DNA of 61,449 nt, filler included, from Collodictyon triciliatum (lineage: Eukaryota): the NCBI GenBank assembly GCA_043381765.1. It is 6 parts of 6 records of this genome, joined end to end, with 100 filler letters (N's around TTAATTAATTAA, not from the genome) between each part and the next. Parts side by side here need not be neighbours in the genome. Positions count along the whole stretch, not along the records: positions 41,712 to 51,533 come from JBHJMP010002880.1; positions 51,634 to 61,449 come from JBHJMP010002881.1; 4 more parts are not named here. The stretch is one strand, 5' to 3'. The position numbers and the translations under genes were made by a program. The stretch's first letter is position 1; every line of letters begins with the position of its first letter. The notes under the pieces are model-generated. The model was not told where the DNA came from and ran no database searches. It was given only the letters and a program-made list of their open reading frames with translations. This document shows, in pieces, positions 45,340-61,362 of this stretch.

Positions 45340-45995
45340 CTTTTTCTTGTTTTGTTTTGTTTTGTTTTGTTTTGTTTTGTTTTGTTTTGTTTTGTTTTGT
45401 TTTGTTTTGTTTTGTTTTGTTTTGTTTTGTTTTGNNNNNNNNNNNNNNNNNNNNNNNNNNNNNNNNNNNNNNNNNNNNNNNNNNNNNNNNNNNNNNNNNN
45501 NNNNNNNNNNNNNNNNNNNNNNNNNNNNNNNNNNNNNNNNNNNNNNNNNNNNNNNNNNNNNNNNNNNNNNNNNNNNNNNNNNNNNNNNNNNNNNNNNNNN
45601 NNNNNNNNNNNNNNNNNNNNNNNNNNNNNNNNNNNNNNNNNNNNNNNNNNNNNNNNNNNNNNNNNNNNNNNNNNNNNNNNNNNNNNNNNNNNNNNNNNNN
45701 NNNNNNNNNNNNNNNNNNNNNNNNNNNNNNNNNNNNNNNNNNNNNNNNNNNNNNNNNNNNNNNNNNNNNNNNNNNNNNNNNNNNNNNNNNNNNNNNNNNN
45801 NNNNNNNNNNNNNNNNNNNNNCTCGGCAAGGGCCTTACATGTTTGGCAAAAGAAAAGGCGTCGGCCGCGGAGGGTGCAAGGCGTGGCTTTGCTGCTGATT
45901 TCTGCCGCTTGCTCGGCTGAGTCGTTCTGTCCCTGGGCAGATCGCGACGCAAGCAGAAAGCGCTCTTCACAAAACTCGTTTTCGCAGTCGGTCAT
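44143..45995 (-). CDS. PHD-finger protein with C-terminal SAP30 Sin3-binding domain (internal gap)
   Basis: PHD half EWICCDDDKCRRWTHVLCE..YKCPSC. C-terminal VDFNKLDSNCLRRYHRRYHI..KHEMAALAEAHF..VVESEVLKAF matches the SAP30 Sin3-binding pattern. Cys-rich N-terminus MTDCENEFC..FFCQTC. N gap at 45435-45821. Confidence 0.75.
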
Positions 45996-46405
45996 TGTGC
46001 AGGCCAAACTCACCGGCCCTTATCTCTCCCCTGCAGTCGAGCGCCTGTTTGCTTGAGTGCGCGGTGTGGAAGAGCGGATGAGAAACGGTTGATCTGGATT
46101 GATTGCGGCTTAGCATCTTTTGACAGGTGATGAACGTTGTTGGGTTTTGGGTTTATTTCAGAGAAAAAGGTGGGCTGATTTAGCAGTTTCAGGTGAATGT
46201 TACGATGAAGAAGTCTCCAGGCTCAGACGCATGGATGAAAGGATGGCAGAGTTTACAGGTGAGAGTTTGGCTTGTCGAGGGAGTGGGGCAACAAGTATAG
46301 AGCAAGTTATATTATAAAAAGAGAGAGAGAGAGATGTATTATTTCTTGTCTTTTGGTACACAGAGAGCTGATGGATGCGGGGCGGACGTAGTTGCATCGG
46401 CTGGC

Positions 46406-48765
46406 TCACTTGAGGAAAAACACAACAGCGGTGATATCGTCGTGGAATGACCTTTTCACCTTTGTCGGAAGATTTTTGAATGCCTTCAAAGGCATCTGGT
46501 ATCTCTGGCTCACACGCAGAAGAGCATAGTCCACCAATATCTGCGCGAGGTCGTCTTGCTCAAAAATCTAATGATACAGAGTTGGGTCGAAAGCATGCGT
46601 GGTTAGACAAGGCAGCATCTTTAACTACAAATACAAATACACATTCCTTTTGCACAATCCATCATGAACATACAAGAGTATTTATCGTCTCTCAACCATT
46701 ATATATACGGCACATGCCTTGAACTTATTTGGTACGAGCAAAACGCTATACCTGCTGCTGCTCAATGTAGTCAGCCCCATGCAAAGTGCTTGAAGAGTCA
46801 TCGTCTGTCTGCAAATCTGCATCCGCTTCGGTATTGTCGTCTGCGTCCGGTTCATGAAGCTTCGGTGAAATGAGAAATGCCTTCGGAGTTAGGGAAAGGA
46901 ACGAAAAGCTGAGCCATCGGGACGGAGAAAAAATCTGCTCGTAGACTGAAGACGAATCATGCGGCTCAAGTGATTCGTCTTCATCATGGGTGTTGCTAGG
47001 ACGCGTCGGTGTTGATAGTCTCCCAGGGCTTTGAGAAAGGCCATCAGAGTTTTCAAGTTCGGAGTCACTTTGCCCACCGTTCCTGTCGCTGTATGAGCTG
47101 AATGTGGGGGAATCAGCGGATTCAGACTGGCGGCTTTTCCTGGGGAGGAAAAAGAAACCCTGTTAGCCGAGTAATTCACTCAACATATTTTGGAACGAAC
47201 AGTGAATCACCCAAGTTAATCATGATTAATTGTGCTTATGAAGATGATAAGTAACAGGAAGAAAGGTAAGCGAAAACGATGAAAACAATCAAAATAGATC
47301 TATAAGGCAATGTGAGATAAGTATAATTTTTTTCGGCCGAGCATGTCGACTTTGTTAAAGGGAAATATGAAGTAGTAAAAGTATATGGTCATTTAAGATG
47401 ACTTTTGGTCACAGTCATATTGATATATCTTATTTACTAGAGTTTGATATGAATGCACGTGTACTACGGAGAGAGCACGGATTTAAAAGTAGAGAAAATA
47501 ACAATAAAATAAAATACATCAGGTTAACTTTAGAGGCATGAAAAATACCTTGGCTTCGCCATCATCTTGAGCTTACGGGCGACAACTTGGACAGCTTCTT
47601 CATTGGACAAAACTTCCCAAAGACCGTCGGAGGCTAGAATCACGAAATCATTTTCGCTTTCTATCTGCAAGCTAACTATCTCAGGCTCGCATGTGATGTA
47701 CCTCGAGTGACAAATCTTGGCCATTCTACACAATCCGTCAAAATCAGTTCCAAGTTCGAAAAAAGTATCAGATGAAACGAGTAAAATCGAGGTGTGTTAT
47801 GCGATGAGAATACTCTGCAGGCGATGCTTACTTTGCCACCTCCGATATTTTTAAATAAGGATCTCCAAAGCTCCGCGTTACAGCCAAATAGCCGGCCACT
47901 CGCAAGGTCGCATTTGACGTGCCTATTGGGATTAAACAGTTGATTTTGAGGACGGCATATATGAATTACAAAACTTTTAAGTAGACATTTATGATAGCAA
48001 AGAAATGCTGCCTAATGAGAAATACTGGGCCTCTTACCAGCATACGGGTCATTTGGAGAAAATGTGACTGCGTGAGGGTCCCCTGACGATGACTTGACGC
48101 GCTCAACCTCAGCTCCATTAGTGCAGTTATGGTCCGTTGTCAATTGTTCAGAAACATAGACATCACTATATCTACCGGCACTGCGACAATCCAGTAAGGA
48201 GAAATAAGCATGATGATGCAGTGGTAAGTATAAAAAATAGAATGAAGAAGACAACAATTTTATGCTGAAATAAATGATGATAGTAATAAAAAAAATTGCT
48301 CCAATGAAGAAAGATTGTTGAACAGAAATTTAATACATGAACCGACCTCTTTGCTGCCTTTCCAAGAACTGCTCTACAATCACCGATGTTGTATAGATGG
48401 AGCCGCTTGTTGACGCGGTCCACGTAAGAAAACAGCGCGCATGAGCCGCAGTAGATCGAGTGGTGCTGAGAAACCATATTGTGCATTAAGTCGTGGTCGA
48501 GGCACTGAATTGCGTGACAAGCAATCTTCCTGGTGTCTCTGAAAATAAATGAATGTAGCGTTAGAAGAGAAGTGGACGGTAAAGAAATATACATATTGAT
48601 GAGGAAACAATCGAAAATGACTCACACGTTTCCGCGCTTCAGAACGTGCGAAAAGTAGCCCCATAGATTTTCTTGCAAAAAGTCTGCAGCCTCCGAGCCA
48701 CCGTGACCATCTTTCCAACGAAAAGAAAAGGTTATAAAAAATATCAAAAGATCAAAATCGGATAA

Positions 48766-48836
<71 letters not shown>

Positions 48837-49030
48837 TAAGAAGAAGAAGAATGACTATGATGACAACTATTATGGGACACACCAAAAACAGCGTAGAAGC
48901 CGTCCACTGGGCGCTCGATGAAGGCGTCTTCAGACCGCGGATAGTTTCCTTGGAAGCTGCTGGACCACGATGGACGTAGATAGCACCGTGCATTTGCAGA
49001 ACACGACCTTTGCTTTGGCGAATCAGCCAT
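46406..49030 (-). CDS. PP2C/PPM protein phosphatase
   Basis: RSEDAF, FYAVF|DGHGG, GSCAL, NIGDCRAVLG, QLTTDH, RVAGYLAVTRSFGD, FVILASDGLWEVLSNEEAV, and a last exon ending KRSFHDDITAVVFFLK*. Confidence 0.93.
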
Positions 49031-51365
49031 TTTTGTCTCTCCTCTTTTTTATCTTCCTACAAATTCTCTTGAGTATTCGTTTATTCATTTAATTGTTTTT
49101 TATTTTGCGTTCTTGAATCAATTTTTTTTCTCATGTAGCTTCTCCGCTTATATTTACAGAAGCGCAAGGAAAGAGGTTCTTTGAAGCGACAGCCTAAGCG
49201 CGGCGCCTTTCGGCTGGCTCTGTGCTTCATGCTGAACAAAACAAAGCCGTGTTGTTAAGCTCATATATATACAGATACAGAGAGCGAATTAGTGATGAGT
49301 GTGTCTATGTCAGTATTCATCACCGCGCACGAGTGATTGGGCTCGTTTTCCATTATGGATGGCGTTCTAGGTGCGAACTTGTGCATTTGCAAGGCAACTT
49401 TGGAGCGTCACTTGATGGCCGCAGTGATTGCCGTGATTGGGACGAAAGGAAGACAACGGATTCCCAAGCCGATTGAAAGGATGAATGTGACGTTGCGATG
49501 TGTCATTCTGTGAGTTGCCGACGTCAAAGAACGCAGCCATCACGTCAGATGAGTTCCTGCTTATGGCTATGGCGTGATTCACGCGCATTCTCATTCGCGC
49601 GATACTCTGTGTCAGCCATGCGTCATTGCAGAAGGGATATGGCTTTTCTTTTCCTTACCAAGGAGGTTAGAAATAACAGCGATTCAGGTTTGGGGGGGTG
49701 CTCAGAATGGATTGTAGTCTGCCAAAGAGGGAAAGAAAGAGAAAGAAGTACGAAGTCAAGCGCCTGGGTTTTTGCATTTATGATATCGCGTCATGAGCTT
49801 TTGTTTGACCGCAGTGTTTTCGTCCCGCTGCAAAAGACCATACGGATAAGAGTAAAAAGCAAGTTTTGGAGCTGGGTTTTTTTCTGGATTGAAGAGAATA
49901 ACCAAGCACGGATTAGTCTTATCTATAATGTTTATTTTATCATAATTTTCTTTAAAAGAGGCTGAGACTCAAGCACATGACAAGTTTTCTCATTTCTTCA
50001 CCTCTTCTTGAATTGGAGCCGATTTTATGTTATTATGCTTTGGCCCTGCCTTCGGTAGATGTGAATCAGCAAAACTGTATTATTCTTTCTTTTTTTCTTT
50101 CATCAACCCCAGAGATTATTTATTTTACTTACGGCTGCTGTATCTCGTTGGTTAAATGCATACTTTGGGAAATGGCGATTGAGCTCCACTAACAGTTTCA
50201 AGGATTGCATGCGAGGGTAGCTGTCGTTCTTTTCTCATATTTCTGAGCTGATGGTAAACAGTATCAGTCTCATTGAATCCATACGATTTGAAGGTATCAT
50301 TTAATGCATCATATATGTATAATAAACTAGAATTCTTTTATCATGAAAAATGAAGGACGGAATTAAATGCAAGATATGCTCTTGGCTGTAGCCTTATCGC
50401 ATGTGTAAATCCTTCAAAAAAAATAAGTCAGAATATGAGACGCGTAATATGGCATCGGCATTTTCCAGGAAACCAAAATGAGCTCAAAAGAGCGGCGAAA
50501 TGGATGGCAGCTGCAACGATTTGGATAATGAAACCACTTATGAATGGCATAGAGGAACCATGGAATGCAGAAACGTTGGATGGGATGACAGAATCCAGAT
50601 TCTGATGTCGCTATAGACATCCATTCATAACCCATGGATTGAACAAGCGGCAGCCATCTGACAAACTCAAATTGCCATCTCAAATCATGAGAAAATGAAA
50701 GGGGCACCCATCATTCTTCCATAGGCAGCGAGTTCACTAATAAGCTATTACTATTTACGAAGAATTATGCATGTACTCCCACCTGATATATATATATATT
50801 CCCTTGCAATGGAGGTAACGTTACTTTGTTATAATGATATGCGATTATGATGCGCTCATTGTATCTCCAAGTATTCACTTAATAATACAATTATTTTCCA
50901 TAAAATAAGTTCCCTTCCTTACAACCTAGCCACTGTATGAAACTTCTTGCAGCTCTCATACTTTACAGAGAATCTCAACTTTGTTTTTGATTGTGAGATT
51001 GTCTCCGTTCGCCCATTAACGCCCATTCATCTATTGAAAACATATTGGCGGCCGTGTTCCTTGCAGGCCGATGGATTGTCCTTTATACTGTCTCTGGAAC
51101 AGAAGTTATGTTACTTATAAGTTGGATGAACCTGGCACAAGGGAGGACTTATTCTCTTTTGAACCATCAACACAGCAACTTCATCGCCTAGCTTATGTTT
51201 TGTCGATATCTCAAAGAAGGATGCCGTGCTAATATGTAGGTTTTTTGAAGAATAAAATCAAGGAATTCTTTCTTTTTCACGCTACAAGACAAGCAATGAA
51301 TGTGTTAATATTACAAAAAAACAGCTTATTGTGGAACACATAGACTGGCTAAACTCCTTTTCTTT

Positions 51366-51430
<65 letters not shown>

Positions 51431-51432
51431 TT

Positions 51433-51532
<100 letters not shown>

Positions 51533-51533
51533 T

Positions 51534-51633
51534 NNNNNNNNNNNNNNNNNNNNNNNNNNNNNNNNNNNNNNNNNNNNTTAATTAATTAANNNNNNNNNNN
51601 NNNNNNNNNNNNNNNNNNNNNNNNNNNNNNNNN
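51534..51633. other. Artificial contig linker
   Basis: Same 100-nt structure as 9846-9945. Confidence 0.97.
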
Positions 51634-53044
51634 TCAGGGTCGTTCAACCCGCTGACGATCTCTCACAGGGAAATGTGTGTGGAAGCGTGTCGCTCGCTTT
51701 CGTCGACTCGGGCCCTTTTGCTGCTGCCCATCGACAACGCAGACAAAGGAGCAGGACAATTGTCTGCGGAGCTTCGTTTGGGGATGCTCTGTGACTTTGC
51801 AGCTGGACATGTAGATTTCATTTATTCGATATTATTTAGAATTGTCGATGTCATTTATACATATGAATTAATGAATAGCGAAATGCATGCTGCGCTAATT
51901 ACACATGCTTCTATTTTTTTCCTGTATGTTTGCCGAATTCATCTGAGATATGACTCTGGCCTATGATTTATATTTTTCCCTAGCGCAAAACCATCCAACT
52001 CCTTTTACTGACAACTAACCGCTATTTTTTTCGAGTCGATAGAATAGTCAAAGTAACAGCGTAGTACAGTTTGGGGTTGCAGCATGTAACAAAGGTCGCT
52101 TTGTTGACCAGGTTGGTCTATATCCGAACCACTTAACTCTGTTGCTTTATTCATTTCCTCAAAGACACACATCTGTTTATATAGTCTCAAATTGTGTTGT
52201 CTTTGTACTTTTTTTTCTTTTTCAATTTATAAGTAATTCCTAGGGCTTTGTTCTGAAGCTCCATATTTTTTTGATTAAACACTTGCTTCCCAAACAGGCG
52301 ACTGCCCTAAATGATGTGTACCCTGAAGATTTTCTCAATTTTGTCGTGGGATTTGACACATTAGTGCGCATTTTTAATCCCAAATATTACGACAACCTAG
52401 ACGCAGCAATGTCTATGTATGGTCACAAATACTTCAATACACATAAACCCAAATATCAATCCGCCACGTAGACGGGGAACATCTTATTCTTGGATAATCT
52501 AGGCTCTTCTCGAAGTGCAGCCTTATCTGCTTTAACCGTGGTAGTGACGGAAAAGAAGAAATATCTGCCTTTATGGGAAAGGTATTATGATCTAAATTGC
52601 TGCATTCAGCTGCGGATTGCACAAATATTAATGTGCTTTTATGGCAGCAAATCCAAAGATTGATATATTTAAACTTGAAACAATTGATTTGAAGGTTGCA
52701 ACAGCTCCGTACTCAAGTAACGTTCGTATTATGGATAAGAATCGAGGGTTTGTCTATTTAAATCTACTAAGAATCAAAATTAACAGAGCCATAGGTATAA
52801 AGTAAAATAAAAATTTAATAAATGAAGAAAATGAAATAAATCCCAATATCCTCTTACACACAGCTAAATTATAACAATTCGTATATACTGTTTACGTAAC
52901 TAATGATCAAAACTATTCAGATTTGCAGACATATCCTCAACACATGTCAGAGAAATGGTTCGGGCAGGCGAATCAATTGCTTATTTAATACCAGAGTCGG
53001 TCGCCACATTTATTAAATTAAAGAAGCTATACACAGAACCATAG
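51634..53044 (+). CDS. POF1-like nicotinamide-nucleotide adenylyltransferase (5'-partial)
   Basis: [47 protein letters not shown] and [20 protein letters not shown]. Stop TAG at 53042-53044. Confidence 0.85.
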
Positions 53045-53247
53045 GTCTGCTATAAAGAATTAATAATAACAACCACAATACTTACACCATCAAATAAAGA
53101 AGGCGTGTCAGTTCACGATTAATAAACATTTTTGGTCTTTATCATATGAGTAATTACGATTAGGTCTCAGCCACATTTATTTTCCGCAAGACGTGACGTG
53201 CAATGAAAATTAAATATATACAGGGTAAATATTATAGTGACAACTCT

Positions 53248-54752
53248 TTAGCCCTTCTCTGCTATGGCGTCCTCAAACGTGGCACTTCTCGCAGTTGCTG
53301 AGCAAAAGGGCTGCATGCGATTATATTGAAAGAAAAATAAACGAAAAACGCATAATTCAGTATTAAATGCGATAAATATGAAATAAAAAATGGTCTTTTC
53401 TTCTGATTCTCTAAGCTTTGACAGCAATCAGAGCGTAAACCCTATCACACTGGGTATGCGTAAACCTTTTTTCGAGATAGACTTCGATAAGTCTACGTCC
53501 CGGAATGTTGCACGTGTGCCATACAGAACACCATTGTTGATGGAGCTCTCAAACGGAGCCTTACTGTCCCGTTTGATTGTTGTGGTAAAATCGTGGCTAT
53601 TCACTATTTTATCTACTCAGAATTAGTTTCTGATGAATATATTCTGATTCTATCATAATCAACATATCAAATCTTGCTGTATGCAGATGGATTGTAAAAT
53701 AATATTTGCAATAATAAAAATACATAATAGTGACGATAACGATAACAAAAATGCCAAAGAATAACCAAATCAAACAAATAAACACAAAAATAAACAAACG
53801 AAAAGAACTATTCACATGGTTACTAAAAGACCTCTCATTGACGTATCGATCTTTCTCTCTTCTGAACGTGCTGCTTCGACAATGATGCATGGACTGGAAG
53901 CCTAGACAGATATCCTGGAGATTTTCTTTGCCTTCTGGTCTGATGTTGCTATAAAAATTTAGTAATAAATTTGCTTGGTTCGCTTTTGAATCGAATAAAT
54001 GAATGTATTTTGAATCTAGTAAAGGATGATTATTTTTGTCACCTGTTTCGCATCTTTGTATGAGTTACATTCATAAAGATATTGAAGGCAGATGTATAAG
54101 GAGGATATGCTGTGTTTGGCGATACAGATTCAAATTCAAAAAAAAAATAAAAAAATAAAAAAAATAAAAAAAATAAAAAAAAATAAATGGAGATGAGGAT
54201 ACACACTTTTAATGGGTGGTAGCTTCGACCTCTCTTCATTATCTTTGAGTCGTTGAACGGCTTTTTCCCTTTTAGTGCATTTATAGAAGGGACAGAATAG
54301 TTATTATATTTGTGAGTTTTGGAATTATAATTGTCTTACAATTAGAAAGCGATTCTGTTTTTTTTTTTATAGAGAATTTAGCTCGGAACGAACGAATAAA
54401 ACATACTTTCCCGGCTATACGGAGATGCTTTTACATAGGCAACCCGAGAATGGATGGCGGGTCATCTCGTTGGTACGGGGAATTGAAAACACCGGGTGTG
54501 ATTTTTGTGCTGATCATATGGTGCATTCCCAACACCATTTCCCGAACAGCCTTTTCTGCTTGTTCTTGCATCCTCATCTGAGCATGAGTCAAGCAGAAAT
54601 GTTATGAATTTTATAAAACAAATAAATAAACAAAAACAAACAAACAGAAGGTTAAATGATCGCTGTTAGATGACATCACACGTTTTCCTGCATCTCGACA
54701 TATTTTGCCTCTTGTTCCAACATGCTTTCCACTTTCTCGATCTAGAAAAAGG

Positions 54753-54791
<39 letters not shown>

Positions 54792-55687
54792 GACATCGCT
54801 TCCTTCGACCAAAAGCACTCATATGTAATGCAGAGTCAAAAGTCGGGCTAAACTTTTTAATAACAGAGTCTATGTAGCGCTTTCTCGCATAAAAGCCATG
54901 ACAATCCTTTCTGCTAAAGAACCCGCAAAAGCTGGGTAATGTCATATACTTGAGATGAATCAATTATGTAGATCAATCATGGGAAAAGTATACAGTAGAA
55001 AACGAATGAACATACATCTTTGGAATCAGCGTCGCCATCTTGTTGAAAAATGAGAGTCGATTTTGCTCTACTGACTCTCAGATTCGTACTGTCACAGCCT
55101 TTCTGTCTTTGTGCCCACAATAAACTTTCTGGATCTTTGTGGCTGCACGGCTTAAGGTTTTTTTTTTTTGTTTGGAAATAAATCAGAATGAGGTCATTTC
55201 CTTTTGCTATGATACTTCAAGTATGTAGACTAGCTCATATGAGGGGAAAAAAAAGTAACTGCATATTGTGGACTCTTCCTCTGGCAAAGCAGCCTCGAAT
55301 AAGCCTCTGTATGGTGATGGCTGCTTTGAATTCCTCCAAGTTGCGCTCAGAGGCAGCTCTGATTGAATATGTTATATGTGAAATCAAAAATAATAAATTA
55401 TATAACAAGTAATAACGGAAAGCGAACTCGAAGTCAAAGTTAACTCAGAGGCTTTTATCCTGTGAGGATCAACTATCCATCGAATACTTTGAATCGAATA
55501 AAGGAAAAAAAAAACTATCCATCGAATACACATAAGATGGAAAAGCAACTGCAAATGAGATAAGAAAAAGAGAAATGGAAAAGTTCTTTTATGGGTGAAC
55601 CGAAGTCACATCTACGGGCTTTAGCGAACGGGAGAGTTCATCTTGGACGCCCTGCTTCAGCATTCTTGCACGGAGATATAAGCTCAT
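53248..55687 (-). pseudogene. SPATA17: SPATA17/MOT17-like ciliary IQ-motif gene, disrupted
   Basis: Three tandem IQ motifs (IQRLIRG, IQKVYCG, IPKIFCG), FFSRK..FYARKRYI, MHHMISTKITPGVFNSPY, SV*ASSP and FRDVDLSKSISKK. In-frame TGA at 55078-55080, TAA at 54431-54433 and TAG at 53902-53904, plus exon phase mismatches. Confidence 0.8.
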
Positions 55688-56137
55688 CTTATATGAGGCA
55701 ACATTGAAGTATTCACGAGTTAGCGGCTTCAACCCAAGAAAGAGTCACGTCTCCACAACTGCTTCGTTCGCGGTTTCAATTATAGCCTGTTGCGTTGCTG
55801 TTTGTGTACCCTTCATCAAGATGCTTGGCGATTTTCTCTGATCATCTTTGATTGAAAACCGGTATTGACATATGTGGAAAGGGGAAGAATGGGTGTGGAT
55901 TCTGCATCCACACGGGTTTTCTCTGGGAAATGCCACACACACAAACCGAGTGTATCAAGATTATATTTTTTCTCTCCAATTTTTGCTGTGTCTTATATTC
56001 CGCACATTTCTCATTAATTTTTCATCAAGAAATTCATTCCCTTATCCTGGATGAGAAATGTCTCAGAATGATTGGTTTTTTTTTCTGTTAAAACCCCAGA
56101 TGACTCGCAAGATTTTTCCCCCATCTTTGGCCACTCG

Positions 56138-59352
<3,215 letters not shown>

Positions 59353-60099
59353 TTTTCTCAAAACCCCGCATGCAGAACGTAGTCATGGCGGGCTTCTCCC
59401 TATTCTCTTGTTTTTCCTTTCATTGGATGTGAGTAGAGTGTTGCGAACTTTCTGTTTGGCAGAGAGAAAGCCCTCGAGAAACCGGCGATCCTGCAGCATG
59501 GCTGTCAAACGTGCAAACTGGGTTCAATGGAAAAATTCCGATTCTGGATGGAATCTGGCTTTATATAATTTATCTACACAATAGATAATGCACAGTATGC
59601 TTTGGATTTTGCATTGTGGGTATTGTTGACATTGTTGAGGTCGTGTGCAGAGAACAATCCATATACAGCTTTTTTCTATCAGGTAGGAAGCCAGCTTTTC
59701 AGGACAGATGAATCAGATGTTCGCCTTTCCCTCACAGTGCGCCCATTGTTTGGCCACCGCGCGTCCACAACACACAGAGACTTCGAGGGAGCGCGCCCAA
59801 CCAAACGCCCTTCAGCAGCAGTGAACTGCTGGCTCAGAGGCAAAAGACCAAATTCATACTTGCTGCGGGTTCTTTCAAAGCTACAAAAGAGCGTTCGAGA
59901 TGAAATGTGTATGCAAAGTCTCCAACTGAAGAAAGGCTCCAGGACCAACCAACAAAGCGATCGGCCTCTCGTTTCGCACACTCAAAGCAACTACGCTCAT
60001 TCGACATGTGCTGGCCGCCTTCATAGAGCCATGAAGAACCATACAATCGTCCTCTCACTTTGTGTTACCATTGCTACAGATCGATATTCCTACGCCGAA

Positions 60100-60922
60100 A
60101 TGACCCTGTTCTTCCGCTCCCTCAAAGCCGCCTCCAACATCGCCGGCCGCCGTGCCAACGCCACTGTTTCAGAGAGCTTCGGCACCAAAGTCAACAAGGT
60201 GAAGCGCCTATACTTACCTTTGACTTACCTTTGACTCTTTCTTTTTTTTTATTGAGTAGCAACCTCGCACCTCCTTTACCTTTTCTCAAACTTCCCCTTT
60301 TGCACAGCATTTTACTTGCCCAGTGCCATGCCTCTTACTTTTCCTGCCAACCCCTTGAATGCCTTCCAATCTCTTCATATTATGCCATTGTGCAAGGCAA
60401 ACGAATCGTGACTTACGCGAAACCTTGTAACCCTATCTGTCTCTTTTCGCCTTTCATCATGCTTTTTTTCTTCGCTTGTAAAACCATAAGTTACACCCCT
60501 TTCCCTTTTGTTTATACTTAAACCAATGGTCACATGTCGCTAAAGTTATAGAGCTGAAGAATATACTGCATCTGTAGACCAATGTGTCCTAGCTGTTTTC
60601 CCTAACATTGAAACTACACTTCCTAGGCCACCTCCGAAGTCAAAACCGCTGTTGCCCTCGTCTCTTCTGTAATCAGCTACATTATCACTCACTCACGCAC
60701 TCACTCACTCACTCACTCACTCACTCACTCACTCACTCACTCACTCACTCACTCACTCACTCACTCACTCACTCACTACTTCGTCACACATGAAAGGGAA
60801 ACGCTACTGTCCGCCAAGTCCTTGTGGGCGGTGCTGTCTGCGTGGAGCTCCTCTTCTTCTTCACTCTGGGCGAGTGCGCCGGCCGCTTTGCGCTCTTTGG
60901 CTATGACATCAAAGTCCCGTGA
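60100..60922 (+). CDS. ATP20: Mitochondrial ATP synthase subunit g
   Basis: Three phase-0 exons give MTLFFRSLKAASNIAGRRANAT..|ATSEVKTAVALVSS|GNATVRQVLVGGAVCVELLFFFTLGECAGRFALFGYDIKVP*. The E..F..GExxGR...GY pattern is the subunit g signature, and the N-terminus looks like a presequence. Confidence 0.8.
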
Positions 60923-61361
60923 GTACCCATTCCCCAACTACGCCGCGGATTGCAAGGCCTCCCATACAAGCCTTCGCCTGCTGACTCTAGATTTCCTTGC
61001 GTCGCTTCATATAACCCCGATAGATAGGCCCCGGCCTTCCTTCTGTCATGGGGATACCCTTGCGTCCTCCTCTTTCTCTCCATTGATTTCTCCCTTTGCG
61101 ATTTGCGATTTGCGATTGGCGATTCCTTTGTCTTCTGACGCATCCAAACAACGCACAAATCAGGTCGGGCGGAAACTCCCACCACTAAGACAAGATATCC
61201 CGGCTGTGAGTGCGTCCTGCTGTCCTGCTGCGTTGCAGAGTGTGGCCTTTCGAGACCCGCCCCTGCCTTCCAATAAACCCAACACTTGCCCGCCCAGCGC
61301 CTCGCTGCCTCTCGTTCCTGCCTCCCGCCCGTTGCTTCGGCACTGCCCAGAGTCTCCTGCT

Positions 61362-61362
<1 letters not shown>

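Noticed and set aside
50380-51240. Coding-like patches near the end of the fifth piece
   Set aside because: I found no consistent frame or recognisable motif.
55078-55080. In-frame TGA as selenocysteine, given SBP2 in the same genome
   Set aside because: The same gene also has TAA, TAG and phase mismatches. The site is not in a redox motif and I saw no SECIS.
53248-55687. Alternative genetic code explaining the stops
   Set aside because: TAA, TAG and TGA all terminate intact genes here (cyclase, NMNAT-like and AMPD respectively), and I found none internally in the intact genes I spliced.
59602-60234. 210-aa ORF as a novel protein
   Set aside because: It starts at a non-ATG codon and runs through the ATG22/ATP20 divergent promoter region into ATP20 exon 1.
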